A stretch of 64,000 nt of DNA, taken from contig CM060732.1 of assembly GCA_030704615.1 (NCBI GenBank), positions 59,892,001 through 59,956,000 on the forward strand, in the 5' to 3' direction. Below the pieces are notes generated by a model that had not been told where the DNA came from, did no database searches, and saw nothing but the letters and a program-made list of their open reading frames with translations. Source of the DNA: Takakia lepidozioides (Eukaryota > Plantae > Bryophyta). The stretch's first letter is position 1; each line of letters begins with the position of its first letter. Positions 12,040 through 24,600 of this stretch are shown piece by piece. A program made the position numbers and the translations under genes.

Positions 12040-13350
12040 CCCAGCACAGGCCCACACAGCTCACTGGTCACAACCATCACAGCCCCACACAAGCCACAGC
12101 CTGTCACAGCCCTACGCAGGTCACAGGGTCATAGGCCGTAGCCTATCACAGCCCGTCACAGCCCCAAAGGCCACATGTCATAGCCTGTCACAGCCCATCA
12201 CAACCCCAAAGGCCACAGGCACAGCCTGTCACAGCCCTACAAAGGTCACAGGGTCACAGCCCCAAAGGCCACAGCCCCTCACAGCCCGTCACAAACCCCA
12301 CAGGCCACAGGGCACAGCCTGTCCCAGCCTGCCACAACCTGTCACAGCCCCACAGGCCACATGGCACAACCTATCACAGCCTTACATAGGTCACAGGGGT
12401 CACAGCCCAAAGGCCATAGCCCGTCACAGCCCGTCACAGCCCCACAGGCCACAGGGCACAGCCTGTCACAACCCGCCACAGCCCATCACAGCCCCACAGG
12501 CCACATGGCACAGCCTGTCACAGCTACACAGGTCACAGGGGTCACAGCCCCAAAGGCCACAGCCCCTCACAGCCCGTCACCGCCCCACAGGCCACAGGCC
12601 ACAGCCTGTCACAGCCCCTCACAGCCCCACAGGCCACAGGGCACAGCTTGTCACAGCCCGCCACAGCCCATCACAGCCCATCACAGCTCGCCACAGCCTG
12701 TCACAGCCCCACAGGCCACAGGCCACAGCCTATCACAACCCCTCATAGCCCGTCACAGCCCCACAGGCCACAGGGCACAGCCTATCACAGCCCCTCACAG
12801 CCCGTCACAGCCCCACAGGCCATTGGGCACAACCTGTCACAGCCCGTCACAGCCCGTCACAGCTCGCCACAGCCTGTCACAGCCCGTCACAGCCCGTCAC
12901 AGCTCGCCACAGCCTGTCACAGCCCCTCATAGCCCGTCACAACCCCACAGGCCACACGGCACAGCTTGTCACAGCCCCACAGGCCACTGGGCACAGCCTG
13001 TCACAGCCCGTCACAGCCTGTCACAACCCCTCACAGCCCGTCACAGCTCGCCACAATCTGTCACAGCCCGTCACAGCCCCACAAGCCACAGGGCACAGCC
13101 TGTCACAGCCCCTCATAGCCCATCACAGCCCCACAGGCCACAAGGCACAGCCTGTCACATCCCCTCACAGCCCGTCACAGCCCCAAAGGCCACTGGGCAC
13201 AGTCTGTCACAGCCCGCCACATCCTGTCACAGCCCCTCACAGCCCATCACAGCGTGTCACAGCCCGTCACAGCCCCACAGGCCACAGGGCATAGCCTGTC
13301 ACAACCCACCACAGCCTGTCACAGCCAGTCACAGCTCCACAGGCCACTCA
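12040..13350. repeat. Minisatellite of a ~10-bp unit (CACAGCCCGT and variants) in the leader of the DNMT element
   Basis: Many tandem copies of CCCGTCACAG/CCTGTCACAG/CCCATCACAG interleaved with CCCCACAGGCCACAGGG. Confidence 0.95.
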
Positions 13351-13769
13351 TGACAGTTTAGCCATTTCTCCAAGGGGTTTAGCCACGCCAAGCTAGGGTT
13401 TGTGTCTCTTGGACTCTAGGCTTCTTTGCACCGAGCTATGGCGGCTGTGAAGAAATCAGCAAGGTATTCTTGCTCTTTCGGCTCCTACACACCACCAATA
13501 GTAGTCCTAAGCCATGAGGAAGATGGTTGCCACAAACCAAGCCTTCTTTCTCACTTAGACTCCCCAAACACGCCACTAAACTCAATGGCAAACAACCAAG
13601 CCTTGCTGGTTTCCAGCCCTTGTGAGCACTCATTCAAGCGTTTCCTTTGGCCATAGCATCTGTCTTAGAGCCTATTCCAGCCCCCTACACCTGCCACTTC
13701 AAGAGCCATGCTCTATCTAGGCTTGAGATTGAAACCCCAACTCAGAACACGCTCTACAAGTGTCGGACT

Positions 13770-14200
13770 GTCACATAAGAGCAGATCAGCCCCTTATCTT
13801 CTCTTCTAGTTCTCTAAAGCTTGAAAACAAAAGCCCAATGGACTGAAGGCATGCTCCACACATGCCCCACTCTCACCACTAGAGAATCAGCCCCTTTGCT
13901 TTCTTTCTTGCACCCACCAACCTAAAAATACACGCTTCAGTGGGCTGGAAGCATGCTCCACACATGCCCTACAGGGAAACCAGCCCCTTCATTCATTTCT
14001 TGCACTCCCAAACCTGAAAGTACAAGCCTTCAACAGGCTGAAAGCATGCTCCACACATGCATTGCTCTCACATAAGGGAAGTCAGCCCTTCCCTCTTCCT
14101 TGCTTGCCCTCCAAGCTTGAAGATGGAAGCTTCAATGAGCTGAATACATGCTCCACACATGCAACCTCTTCACACAAGAGGTATCAGCCCCCTATCTTGG
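13770..14200. repeat. Degenerate ~100-bp tandem repeat in the element leader
   Basis: CATGCTCCACACATGC recurs at ~13850, 13953, 14045 and 14147, each followed by TCAGCCC and a pyrimidine-rich run. Confidence 0.75.
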
Positions 14201-14557
14201 CTCCTTAGCTCCTTGATGCTCTCTAAGACAAGACTAAGCACTCCACAGCCCTTGCCAAGCTCATGAAACCCTAAGGCTTACATTTCCAGCCACAAGACAC
14301 TCCTCTTGTGGTGCAAGAGCTCTTCTTCCAAGCTCTGAAACCCTAGGTGCACATTCCATGGCCTTGCCGCACCTCTTAGTTCCTATTCCAGCCGTGCTCT
14401 TGCCATGACAAGAGCCCTCTCAATGCTGAAGCTCGAGATTGAAACCCAATCTCAACATACTCCACAAAGTGCATTGATTTGCCCCAATACAAATCAGCCC
14501 TTTCGCTTGGTCTTGCAATCCTGCAGCATGGTGCTTTCATCTCTGAAGCTGAAGATC

Positions 14558-15298
14558 GAATGCCAAGGTCTACCACCTCGTAACCCACATCGCCTCCGCT
14601 TCTAACAACCAAGAGCTCCACGGTGCTCCTTGCATAACAACCTGGTTTCTCTCATTCTCAAGCAAAAACCACAAGTGCTACAACTAACTCGTATCTGGCA
14701 CTCACAGATACGAACCCATCTTTCTCGAGTGATAAAGAAGAAGAATACAAGCACAAGCTCATGCGAGCTCACAAAGCTGAAGCATAAACTCATGCATATA
14801 TAAACTCGTCACTCAAATACAAGTCAAGCCAAATGCACCCCACGCCATGAGGAATCCACACTACGGCGCCATAGCTAGGCGCGGTGAGGCTCAACTCGAT
14901 AAAGATGAGCCTCCCGCGCTTGCCGTGAATGCCAAGGTCTACGACCTTGTAACCCACATCGCCTCCGCTTCTAACAACCAAGAGCTCCACGGTGCTCTTT
15001 GCATAACAACCTGGTTTCTCTCATTCTCAAGCAAAAACCACAAGTGCTACAACTAACTCGTATCTCGCATTCACATATACGAGTTCATCTTTCTCGAGTG
15101 ATAAAGAAGAAGAATACAAACACAAACTCATGCGAACTCACAAAGCTGAAGCATAAACTCGTGCATATATAAACTCATCACTCAAATACAAGTCAAGCCA
15201 AATGCACCCCACGCCATGGGGAATCCACACTACGGCGCCATAGCTAGGCGCAGTGAGGCTCAACTCGATAAAGATGAGCCTCCCGCGCTTGCCGTGAA
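14558..15298. repeat. Tandem duplication of a 369-bp unit (putative terminal repeat region of the DNMT element)
   Basis: 14558-14926 and 14927-15295 are near-identical. Part of the unit reappears at 7560-7603. Confidence 0.92.
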
Positions 15299-16827
15299 GA
15301 TAACCACTCCAGGATCTAAATCTGCCTTGACCCCTGGATTGACACTTGGGCCAATCCCAAATGTCAATATGTAAAAGCTAGCTATTTCCTAGCTAAGTTC
15401 ACACTAGTGGTAAAATAACTTGACATAGTGCTTCTACCTTAGATCCTAATCCACACCTGTCCCAGCATCACTGCAAAGCACTATTCATATCCAAAGCCTA
15501 TGTAACTTGGATCGCTACCCCGTCTCCGTTACACTCCTACATGCATTCCTCCCTACCCAACCCGATACCAGCCACACCACCTCCCAACCCACAACTGAGA
15601 ATTAGGTCCCCCATACCACTAGACAATATCAATGTCTGCCAAGCTAACTTTCAACAATATGCAGCAGATAATATTCTACATTTATCCAACATCATGGCAG
15701 ATGGCACTCAAAACCATAATAACATCAACTGGGCCAGAGCTAACGACACCCTCCAAATCATCATGCAACTGTTACAACTCACCTGACACCGCAAGCGTTA
15801 TTGCCACATCTTCGGCACCTAAGGGCATACCTTAGACTCACCGCACTAAGCAAAATGGATGATATCTTACTCGCACACAATAACGGAAATGGACCTCCCA
15901 CCTTAATACGTATCACACCATCCAAAGAGCCCTCATAGCCGCACCCAAACCTGATAATGTCAATACGTACCTAGAATGACATCTAGATCCATGCATCACC
16001 TGACTAAGCATTGTCCGTGCCTACGAAACCCTCCTCCCCCCCTAGGACACATCAAGCCTCTCGGCTTGGATCGGCGACATTGCTAAGATTGGTACCCCTC
16101 TATGTTACCAATTTCATAAAAACTGAAGCAGATTTGAAAATGCAATTTACGTTTAAATGAGCCCTGAAGCCCGTTTTGGGCCTGGTGGGCGTGTTAATTT
16201 TGCAAGATTTAGAGAGGGCTTTGATGCATGAGTCATACATGGTGCGTGTGAAAGTGTCATGGATTCGGTCGGAGCTGTAACCTCGTTTGCTAAGGGATAA
16301 ATCATCAAATTTTTTCCAATGGGTAGTGCGTGACCTTGCATGTGCATTTGTAGATATGACGAGTTGGGGTTAGACAATTAGTGGTGGTAGGAGTGTAAAT
16401 GTCTTTGGCTTGAGCCCCATGTTTCCTAATTTGATGTCTACGGGTTTTGTGAGCCTGTGGTCCAGTCTGTGTTTTAGATAGTCTAGTGGGGTTTAAGAGT
16501 AGGGTTGAAGATAGCTTTTTGTGCCTTTCTAGGTTGCTCATGTAATAGTTGGCAGAAAGATGTAATAATTTTTTTATGGTTGTATGTAGCCTTTTGTTCG
16601 GTATTAAGTAGACGGCTTTCTTGGCGTCTCCCCTGTCGTGCACTGCCAGGATCGGGCAACTGATGGCCCTAGTTTCGAGTTAAAGCAAAGTTGTCTCATC
16701 AGGCAAGCAAGGGGGTTAGGTTTTGATGAAGGTAATTCTGTTTTTTTTCATGCCAAGATTTTTTCACACGCGTGTGTGAGAGTTATAGTTAGGGGATCTA
16801 ACCAGGTTTGACCAGGTGGCATCACTA

Positions 16828-17788
16828 GAGTCTGCCCTGTATAAATGTTACCTCTATAAACGTTAAACTACCATAAATGTTAAGAAAATTTTACTCCCCT
16901 ACTTGTGCGCACTAGCAAATGTTAAGTGTTATTTGTTAACAATTGCTTACTCCCCTCTTTGTTAATTTGCTCTGAATAAATGTTAAGTGCTCCATAAAGG
17001 TTTTAGCCAACCGGAGATATGCTCCATAATTATAAATTCCAAACTAGATTAGATTATGATAAGATTACATCCTAAAACATAACCAATCAGAAGACTAGAA
17101 AGTAAGTGGGAGGTAATACTAAAGTGTTCAAATCAGAAGCAAATCAGTTACCTTGATAAAGATAAATATAAAGTTTCTTTAACGTCCAATGAATTTACAG
17201 AGCCTACTACTCAGCACCAAGGCCATCGAGGGCCCAATGGACGGTCTGAAGGAACATGTTGAAGGATTGAACCCAGGATCTGAACCTAGGTTATGCACAT
17301 GCAAGGCACAAACACCCAACCATTGGGCTACATGCTCAAGTGCAAGGAGTGTATGTTCCACATTTCGACACTTGACATGGAGGTTGTTTTTGAGAGACGA
17401 GACCACATATGTGTTGATTGCACTTGTGTTAGATGTGTTTGCAAGTAGATGGTAGCATTCAAAGATGCCAAAAAATGGCCATAGCTACAATTTCTCAATG
17501 TTTGGAACAAAGGCCTTATGACGTTATGAAAACTATTTTAGCCATGAAATGCCTAGAGAAAGAACTCGATGATATGCATAGAGATAGTTATCATACCACA
17601 ATCGATTCATATTTCCTACCCATAACTGAATAACTCAATACAATTACACTTTGTTTCATAAGTGTTGTTACCTTATGTAAATGTTAATGTGTTACAGTTA
17701 ACCCTTTCATAACTGTTGATGTGTTAACCTTGTCTAAATGTTATTTTTCTCCTACTCCCGACTATTAACATTTATCCAGGGGAGACTC
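16828..17788. mobile_element. Non-autonomous TIR element with TA flanks (Tc1/mariner-pogo-like)
   Basis: Left end TA|GAGTCTGCCCTGTATAAATGTTA and right end TAACATTTATCCAGGGGAGACTC|TA form a 21/23 inverted match. Internal TAAATGTTA subterminal repeats. Confidence 0.75.
17252..17337 (-). pseudogene. tRNA-Ala(TGC)-like pseudogene or SINE head
   Basis: Minus strand GAGCATG...CATGTTC 7-bp acceptor stem, A-box TAGCCCAATGG, TTGCA anticodon loop, and two B-box-like GGTTCA(G)ATCC motifs. Confidence 0.5.
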
Positions 17789-18143
17789 TACATGTGTTGG
17801 CCAAATTTGATAGTTTTGGCTTGTTGGATGAGGGATCCCAAGGGGATGAAGCGTGTCAAATCTCGCCTCAATTGGAGTAAGTGATCCAGTCACTCAAATC
17901 TTTAAAAAACTGCTAAAAAATGCTATGTTTCTCCAATGGGTCCCACATTCACCGGTGGTGTTTTTCGAATGTGAGGATGATTGCCCTGGAAATTGGTAGG
18001 TGGGTGCAGGAGGAAGATACTCACATAATGTGTAGTCTATTTCTAAAAAAGTCAATTCTCTAAAAGTTACACCATCTTTTCACTGCAAGGGATCCTATTA
18101 TTTTGAAAAAGTCAAACTATGGCACTGTGCGTTTAAGGGTTAA

Positions 18144-18931
18144 CCCCTAAAGGCCGGCGCGACCTGAATTAGGTCACAGCCATTTTCACTTTTCATTCAG
18201 ACACTTTTTTCATCCACTTTACTGCGCCCCCAAAAACCCAAAACTCTACCCACCTACGATTTTTCAAAGATCAGGGGTACCCCCAAATAGATGGATCTGA
18301 GGCCACCACTGCAATTGACCTGTCGACATGGATTGCCGACAGCCCTCAGATGGAAGTGACTAGAAAAGTCACAAAAAAGCCCATCTACAGAGCAGTTTTT
18401 GGTTTTTTGGAAAACAATTTGGGGATTCTTCTTGCCCTGTGGACCCTGCAGGATACCACCAGAGGAAACTTGATTTTGTAAAAAACTCCAGGAGCTATGT
18501 GGATCTTTTTTTTCCAATGTAGTTTTTCTTCCATTGAATCCCTTGATTGCATATACAAAGGCGCCATATTGTTTTGGGGGAATTTGGCCCTCAAATTTCT
18601 TAAGGACATGTGTAACCCTGCAAAGATTATGACTGAATTGGTCCGGCCCCCAGAAAAAAAATATCTGTCAGGGCAAATTTGCTTGGTCAAACAGAATTTT
18701 CCCTTAAAAACTTCCTTAGAGTTGAAAAAAACCCCTGGTAATTTATTATAATCTCCCAATGGGAACAGTCAATTCTTCCCAAATTTGCACAGTACCTGCA
18801 TCTAGTAGGTAACTGCCACTTAGTAAGATTCATTTCCGTGGATGAACTCCTGCTAGCAGATATGGCTTGGGAGGTGTCAGTGGGTCCCATTTTTTAGGTG
18901 GACCCCCAAAAACACTCCCGGCGCTTAGGGG
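18144..18931. mobile_element. Non-autonomous TIR element with TTAA target-site duplication (piggyBac-like)
   Basis: TTAA|CCCCTAAAGGCCGG ... CCGGCGCTTAGGGG|TTAA, with TTAA at 18140-18143 and 18932-18935. Confidence 0.7.
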
Positions 18932-21673
18932 TTAAGGGACTCATGAAGCTTTCTAGGACCCTTCAACAATTTCCATTCTCTAGAGTCAACGTATAGTCAA
19001 CCGCAGAGCTCTACCCTTGCTTGAGTAAGGGCCAGGTTCATGGGCGTGGATCCAAGCAACTGCCTCCAAAGAGGGAATGGCCCCTTTAAAACCTCAAGGG
19101 GGTGGTTCCATGGAGACCTTTCCATTCAGCCCCTCTTAAATCATGGAACGAATTGCCATGTGGGCCCATGATATAGTAAATGATAATTAATTTAAAATTT
19201 TGATGAAAATGTCAAAATTCACTCCCTCTCCTAACACATCTCTCTTAGTCTGGATGAAAAAAAAAAATATTATGTAAGGCTTCCCGGTAAGAAAAAGACA
19301 AAATAGTTTGGATGCTGCGATTCTGTTTGTGAAGGGAGGGTTTTTTGCGCCCTTTATCACGGGGCGATTCAGCAGGGGCGCCCCTTAAAAATATTCTCCC
19401 TTAGCCACTACAGCCTCTTTAAAACCCAAGGACCTTGGCACTAATAAGGCTCTCATACCTCTAGGCTTTTTATTTTATTTTATATTGAATATGTCGCAAA
19501 ACCTCATAAAACCATGAATCGATATTTCTGTTGGTAAGCCTTATCACCTCTCAATAGAGATCCCCTGGTATTCTCAAGTGTTATTTGAGTGATCCCATAT
19601 TCGATATAGACCACTTGAATCTCCTAATAAAGCTGCTCAATACACTGGAAGAATCTTCCAAAGTCATCTGATTAGTTAATTAAAATACAGCTAGAGAGCA
19701 AATTTTGTGGAATGAAAACTTAGTCATGCTCTATTCCACCTATTCACATCAAAGAAACAACAACAAAAAAAAAATGACCATTTTTGCTACATGACCTTGG
19801 TGTTCTCTTCCCACAAAGATATTTACAAACAAGCTCCATAGAGGCACCATATTGTAACATAGGTATTTCCAGAATTTACAAATAGACACTTCACTAACCC
19901 TGCCAACTTGTATTCTCGCCACATGGACAGCTGTCAAGCCGTGGGAGTCGGGGGTGTCTCTGGGTAGCAAATGGACAGGTGGTCAGTGTAGGGATGCACA
20001 GGTGTCGGCAGTGGAGGAGCTGACCAAATTCTGTATGGGTTATTGTGCAGGTCCAAAGCGGCAGGCTACCAATGGGGGCTGACACTACGTTTTGGGGTAG
20101 CTTCTGTACAGGTGTCGAGCGCTGGGAGTTAGGGTGTTCTCTTGTGGGTACCAAGTGGACAGGTGAGGGATGCACAAGTGTGCGCCCTGGAGGAGCTGAG
20201 CTGAGGGCAGATGGGCCCCGCCACCTGGGTAGCCGGTCACTTTAGGGCCAACACCATTAAGCTGTCCTACCCTACCCTCCAGGGACAGTCCCCTTTAAGA
20301 GGCCTCATCCTCGATTACGGACTACGGGCTGTAGCCTGTGTATAGCCTGGGACACGCTACTGTCTGACCTAAATTTACTGTACGTTATCCTTCTTTTCTT
20401 AAAGTTTTTAGATTGTGGTATTTAAGAAATAAGAATTCTGCATGGTAGAGGTACGGTGCCCGAGAAGATACGGTTGCGTGTACGCACATGCGGAGTTAAC
20501 CCACGAGGGCTGGTGTGAACAACAAGGCTTCGGCCGACGTACGTCGTGGCAGGACCCGGCTAAAATGCGGGCCGGCCGGCTCCAATGTCGCGAAGCCGGC
20601 CGCGCCGGCATCCGGCTGGCAGCCAGCAAGCCGCACTATGTCCGCTGGATGGATGAATACTGATACATTCCTCTGGATAAGTCGATGGATGAGGGTCGAG
20701 ATATCATCCAGTGGATGGCAAGAGCTTGCTATATCCGTCATTTGGTTGATTTATTTATCACATTTTCTGTCATTCCGTATTCTGCAGGGTCGTGGCACGC
20801 ACGAATCGGAATTCCACTGCCGTGCGGTGCGGTGTCGGCCTGGCCGCATGCCAGGTGCCCGTCTCGGATTAGGTCTGGTTAGAGGAAGTTTCATTCTATT
20901 TCTTTTCATCCCCCTTCTAGCCAATAAGAACCCTTCCCGGGAATCTCTGTCTCCAGACCGGTGACAGACGGTCATAGATGCGAATATCACTGGCTATAGC
21001 CCGCGGGAGACCCGGAGCAGCCGGTCGCCCTCAGATCCTCAGACATTGGAACTTGGAGCCCCATCCCGAGGACCTCGTGGTGCAGGATTTTAATCGGTGG
21101 ATAATAGGTATAACTGATGGGCGAAACATGGAACATGCGTCATTCTTCCGGTTTTAGGTTTTGGACCGCTGGATAAAGAGGCCAAGAACTGCTCGCTTGC
21201 GTCCTTGCGAGAGCAGTGTCGTGCTGTTTTTGCTCTGTTGCCGTCTTCTTGGCACAAGCAAGAGGAGCGGATGGAATCACGCATCAATTCAAGGCTTGTG
21301 TGTGTATGAAGCTTGGATTACTTGTTGCTTCTTGGCACAAGCAATCCAAACTCATCAAACCACGCATCAAATCCAGGGCTTGGGGCTGCGTGAAGCTTTG
21401 TTTGTACATCCTCTTCTGTCTCTCTCCTTCCGTCTTTTTTTCTATCTTCTGCCTCTGATCTCTCGTCTTCTTTTCTCAGAAAATGGTAAGATTGAATTGA
21501 TCACATTATCAATTGAAGGGCTCTGTGCGTGGGAAGCTGGCTCTGTCGCCGGGCCTCTCGTTCCTTGACTGCAGGCCCAACGAGTGGCTGGCGCCGCTCC
21601 TTTCTGACTCTTTCTCAACGTTTCCAGGCCAGGAGCAGAAATTCCCCTAAAATATGCGGGTATTCGCAGAAAT

Positions 21674-24600
21674 ATGGGGAACAAGATAACGCGCAGGAGG
21701 CCGACTATAGAAGATCGCTACACCCGTCCTCAGGGCTTGTACCCGCACAGAGATGTGGATCAACGCAAGCTTCGTCGCCTTATTCTTGATGCGAAGCTGG
21801 CGCCTTGTTACCCTGGAGGAGAGGAGCCCGCAGTGGAACTGGAAGAATGCCCCATCTGTTTCCTGGTATGCTCATTGGACCTTCCTCTTGTCGAATTGGA
21901 CTTATCTCAGGCGTCTACGGCCAATTATCTCATTTCCTTACCCCGGAGCATAGAAGGTGGGGACCATTTCATTGAACTTGCCGAATAGGTGCCAGTAATT
22001 ATTGTGGCATATGTCGCGTCTTCTGTAATGAATTCGATAGGATTTCCGTCGTCACTATGTGGAAAGGGATGGCGGAAAAAATTCACGGCTTGGTGGAGTA
22101 ACGTGCGTTATCAGCTTGTTTCTTGGTATAAGCTCTCAAAAACTGCTGAATGTACCCCTTAGTTCGATGGTAGAGTGGGTCACGGAAGTATTGGTGGAAT
22201 GAACCTTGACCAGTCTTCAAGTCTTCTCTGGTGCACGAGGATACCAAATTCTGCATGACTCATTGTTCGGCAAGTGTAGATGGGATGTGGAGGTATACCT
22301 CCTGGAAGCCCAGCATATATTGTACTCATAAGACGTTGTTTGCTCGTAGCCTTGTGGCCATTGACCCCGCGCCCAGTTTGAGCGGGAACAAAAGGGACAG
22401 AACCTACCTCTGTCAGGGGCTGACGTTGGTAGTAAGACTTACCTCCATATAAAGAATTAATCCGGTTTTTCCAGATATCCTCTGGAAATCCCTTCACACA
22501 AGCATCAATCTGCTGTGTGTGATTTGCCCAAAAACTAGGCCTCAGGAGGGCCTGGGATTTTGGCTCAGCCTCGAGACTTTCAAAGTTGGTAAACAGGGGT
22601 ACAGGCACAATTCCCTTAATAGATTTGAAGAGAGCGTCTCTTTGGTGAGAGAACCCCGGACAGTGTATCAGAAAATGAATACTGTCTTCAGATTGCCCAC
22701 ACAACGGGCAATTGCACTCTCCCTTTCCTCTCTGCTTCTGTTTGCTGTTCAAAGGTAGGCTTCCTGTAGTACTGTGCACTTTTGTAAAGGCGGCGATTCA
22801 AGGTTAATTATTGCTTTGGATTAGGTACGTGTGAGGTGTTTTGGAGTACAAGGGGCTTATTTAATGGTGCATTAGTGAAGCTCATTACATAGCAGCCTAT
22901 TGATTCTTATTTCAAATTCCTAATTTGTTTTTGAAAGTGGAGGCGAGTGTTTTGGGACAATGGCCAATTAATACAGCAGCCAAGCGTCAATGCAAATGGG
23001 ATGCATGGTGCACCTTATATAGTGTTACAATGCACACATTTTTATCATGCTTCCGTTGCCAAGGATGGCGGAAGAATGGGAAATGAGGGAGTTGTGGAGT
23101 CTTCTAGCTGTGTCCACGGGGTCGGCTAGTTTAGGGTTATCAGATGGCCATATATGAGGAGTTGTAGGTCAACTCAGGGCATACTTAAGGGAGTTGTATA
23201 TGGTCAGATTTTGCACAGGTCGTCATCCCTCCAAAGGAAAGTTATGAGTCCTTCCATAAGTAGATGTGCCCAATCCCGCGCTGGGAGACCGTTACTTTTG
23301 GGCCCGCACATGGCCTAGTTTTGTTAATTTTTGGGACAGTTGTAGGTGCACATCTTGTGCACTCAGGGCAACTTAAAGCACATATCAAGGGATTATATGG
23401 CATTATAGTGCCGAGAGTGGGTAGACCCTTGAGGTCATCCAAGATGTCCTCCCCCATGTCACAGACTGGAAACAAGTTCAGGGAAGTTTTCTGCCTAACT
23501 TCATTTTCATCAGACAATCTCATGGCAACAGACATGGCTGAGGACACTACAGCCTCTAAGTCAGATTTATCCAGCAGGGTCAAGACTTGCGGATCCAGGT
23601 CCAGGTCCTTGAGGATCTCTTCTACTCTCTTCTGCCAGGACTTAGCCTGTTTGACAGGGCGGTCCTGTTTCCAAGATATAGAGTCGATTAACTTAGGATA
23701 TCTGGTGTTGGGTTTAGGGTTTAGGGTGAAGCCCAGCATATAGTGAGTGAGATAGAGTGTTGGGCTCATCGCCCGCTTCTCACACCAGATTCTCCAAAAT
23801 CAAATACAGAGCCAATGCAACATGAAGTGAATTGATATACCTGTAACAGCAGGTCCTCTGGGAAGAAATTAACAACCAAAAAACTAACCCTAAATTTCAT
23901 AGAGCATACACATTTTGCCATTTTGTGTTGAAAGTTCATTCCAAAATGTTAGTAAAAGCAGGATGGCTTGTAATGTCACACTGGGGTTGGGGTAAATTTT
24001 TGAGTATCATCACCTTTTCTGAACTTTATGTCAGAAGAGCACATGTTGAGTGGCTTTCTGTCCGGAAGATGTCAATCTCACAGGTTTTAGAAGATAGTAT
24101 CAGTTTTGATCACGTAGGGGGCCCAGTCAGACAGAGAGATCCAAGAGGATGGCAGGATGGGCTGATGACCTAGTGGCATGGTGGTTTTTGGAACAGAATT
24201 ATCCAAGTCTTAATCGATCCAAATGCTGCTCCAAGGGCATTTGCACTGGTGATGCCATTGCTCCCTTTTCCTTCATTGGAAACATTTTGCAACTTCCTCC
24301 TCTCTCTCTCTCTCCCCTGTCTAGGCTACGGCAAATTCTCTCCCGTCTGTTCCAAGGTAAGTCAAACTGCCGGTGTCAGCCCCTGACAAAGGTAGTTTCT
24401 CTTTGTGTTCTGCTCAATCTGAGCGCAGGGCCACAAGGCTTCGGCAAACAACGTCTTCTGAGTACAAACTATCCTTACAACTTTTGTTAACAGAGTTTTA
24501 CGTCATACTGAAGAAATGTGTGGAGTTTGTGGCGAAGTTCCATGGTGATAAAGGAGAGGGTAATTTGCAGTATGCAGGATCAGTGCAATTGTCTGCATAT

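Larger units (their letters stand above)
7560..15298 (-). mobile_element. LTR-retrotransposon-like element (probably Ty3/Gypsy-related) encoding Gag-ZnK-protease fused to a C5 DNA methyltransferase; RT/RH/IN absent
   Basis: One frame ~11298->7604 holds a Gag-like region, CCHC knuckles, the protease LLDSGA and DNMT motifs. 44 bp at 7560-7603 are identical to 14730-14773 in the repeat at the other end. The long leader contains tandem repeats. Confidence 0.8.

Noticed and set aside
12361-13353. 330-aa Pro/His/Ser/Thr-rich ORF
   Set aside because: It results from translating the 10-bp satellite, and it is antisense to the element's coding strand.
12040-14200. CRISPR-like array
   Set aside because: Eukaryotic context, with no unique spacers between constant repeats.
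14863-14871. TGGCGCCGT as an Athila-type PBS
   Set aside because: Only 9 nt, not preceded by an LTR-like CA end, and it lies inside the repeat unit.
14860-14926. Hammerhead ribozyme in the terminal-repeat hairpin
   Set aside because: No CUGANGA/GAAA catalytic core on either strand.
15300-16650. LINE-like coding remnants
   Set aside because: The composition is suggestive, but I found no recognisable motif.
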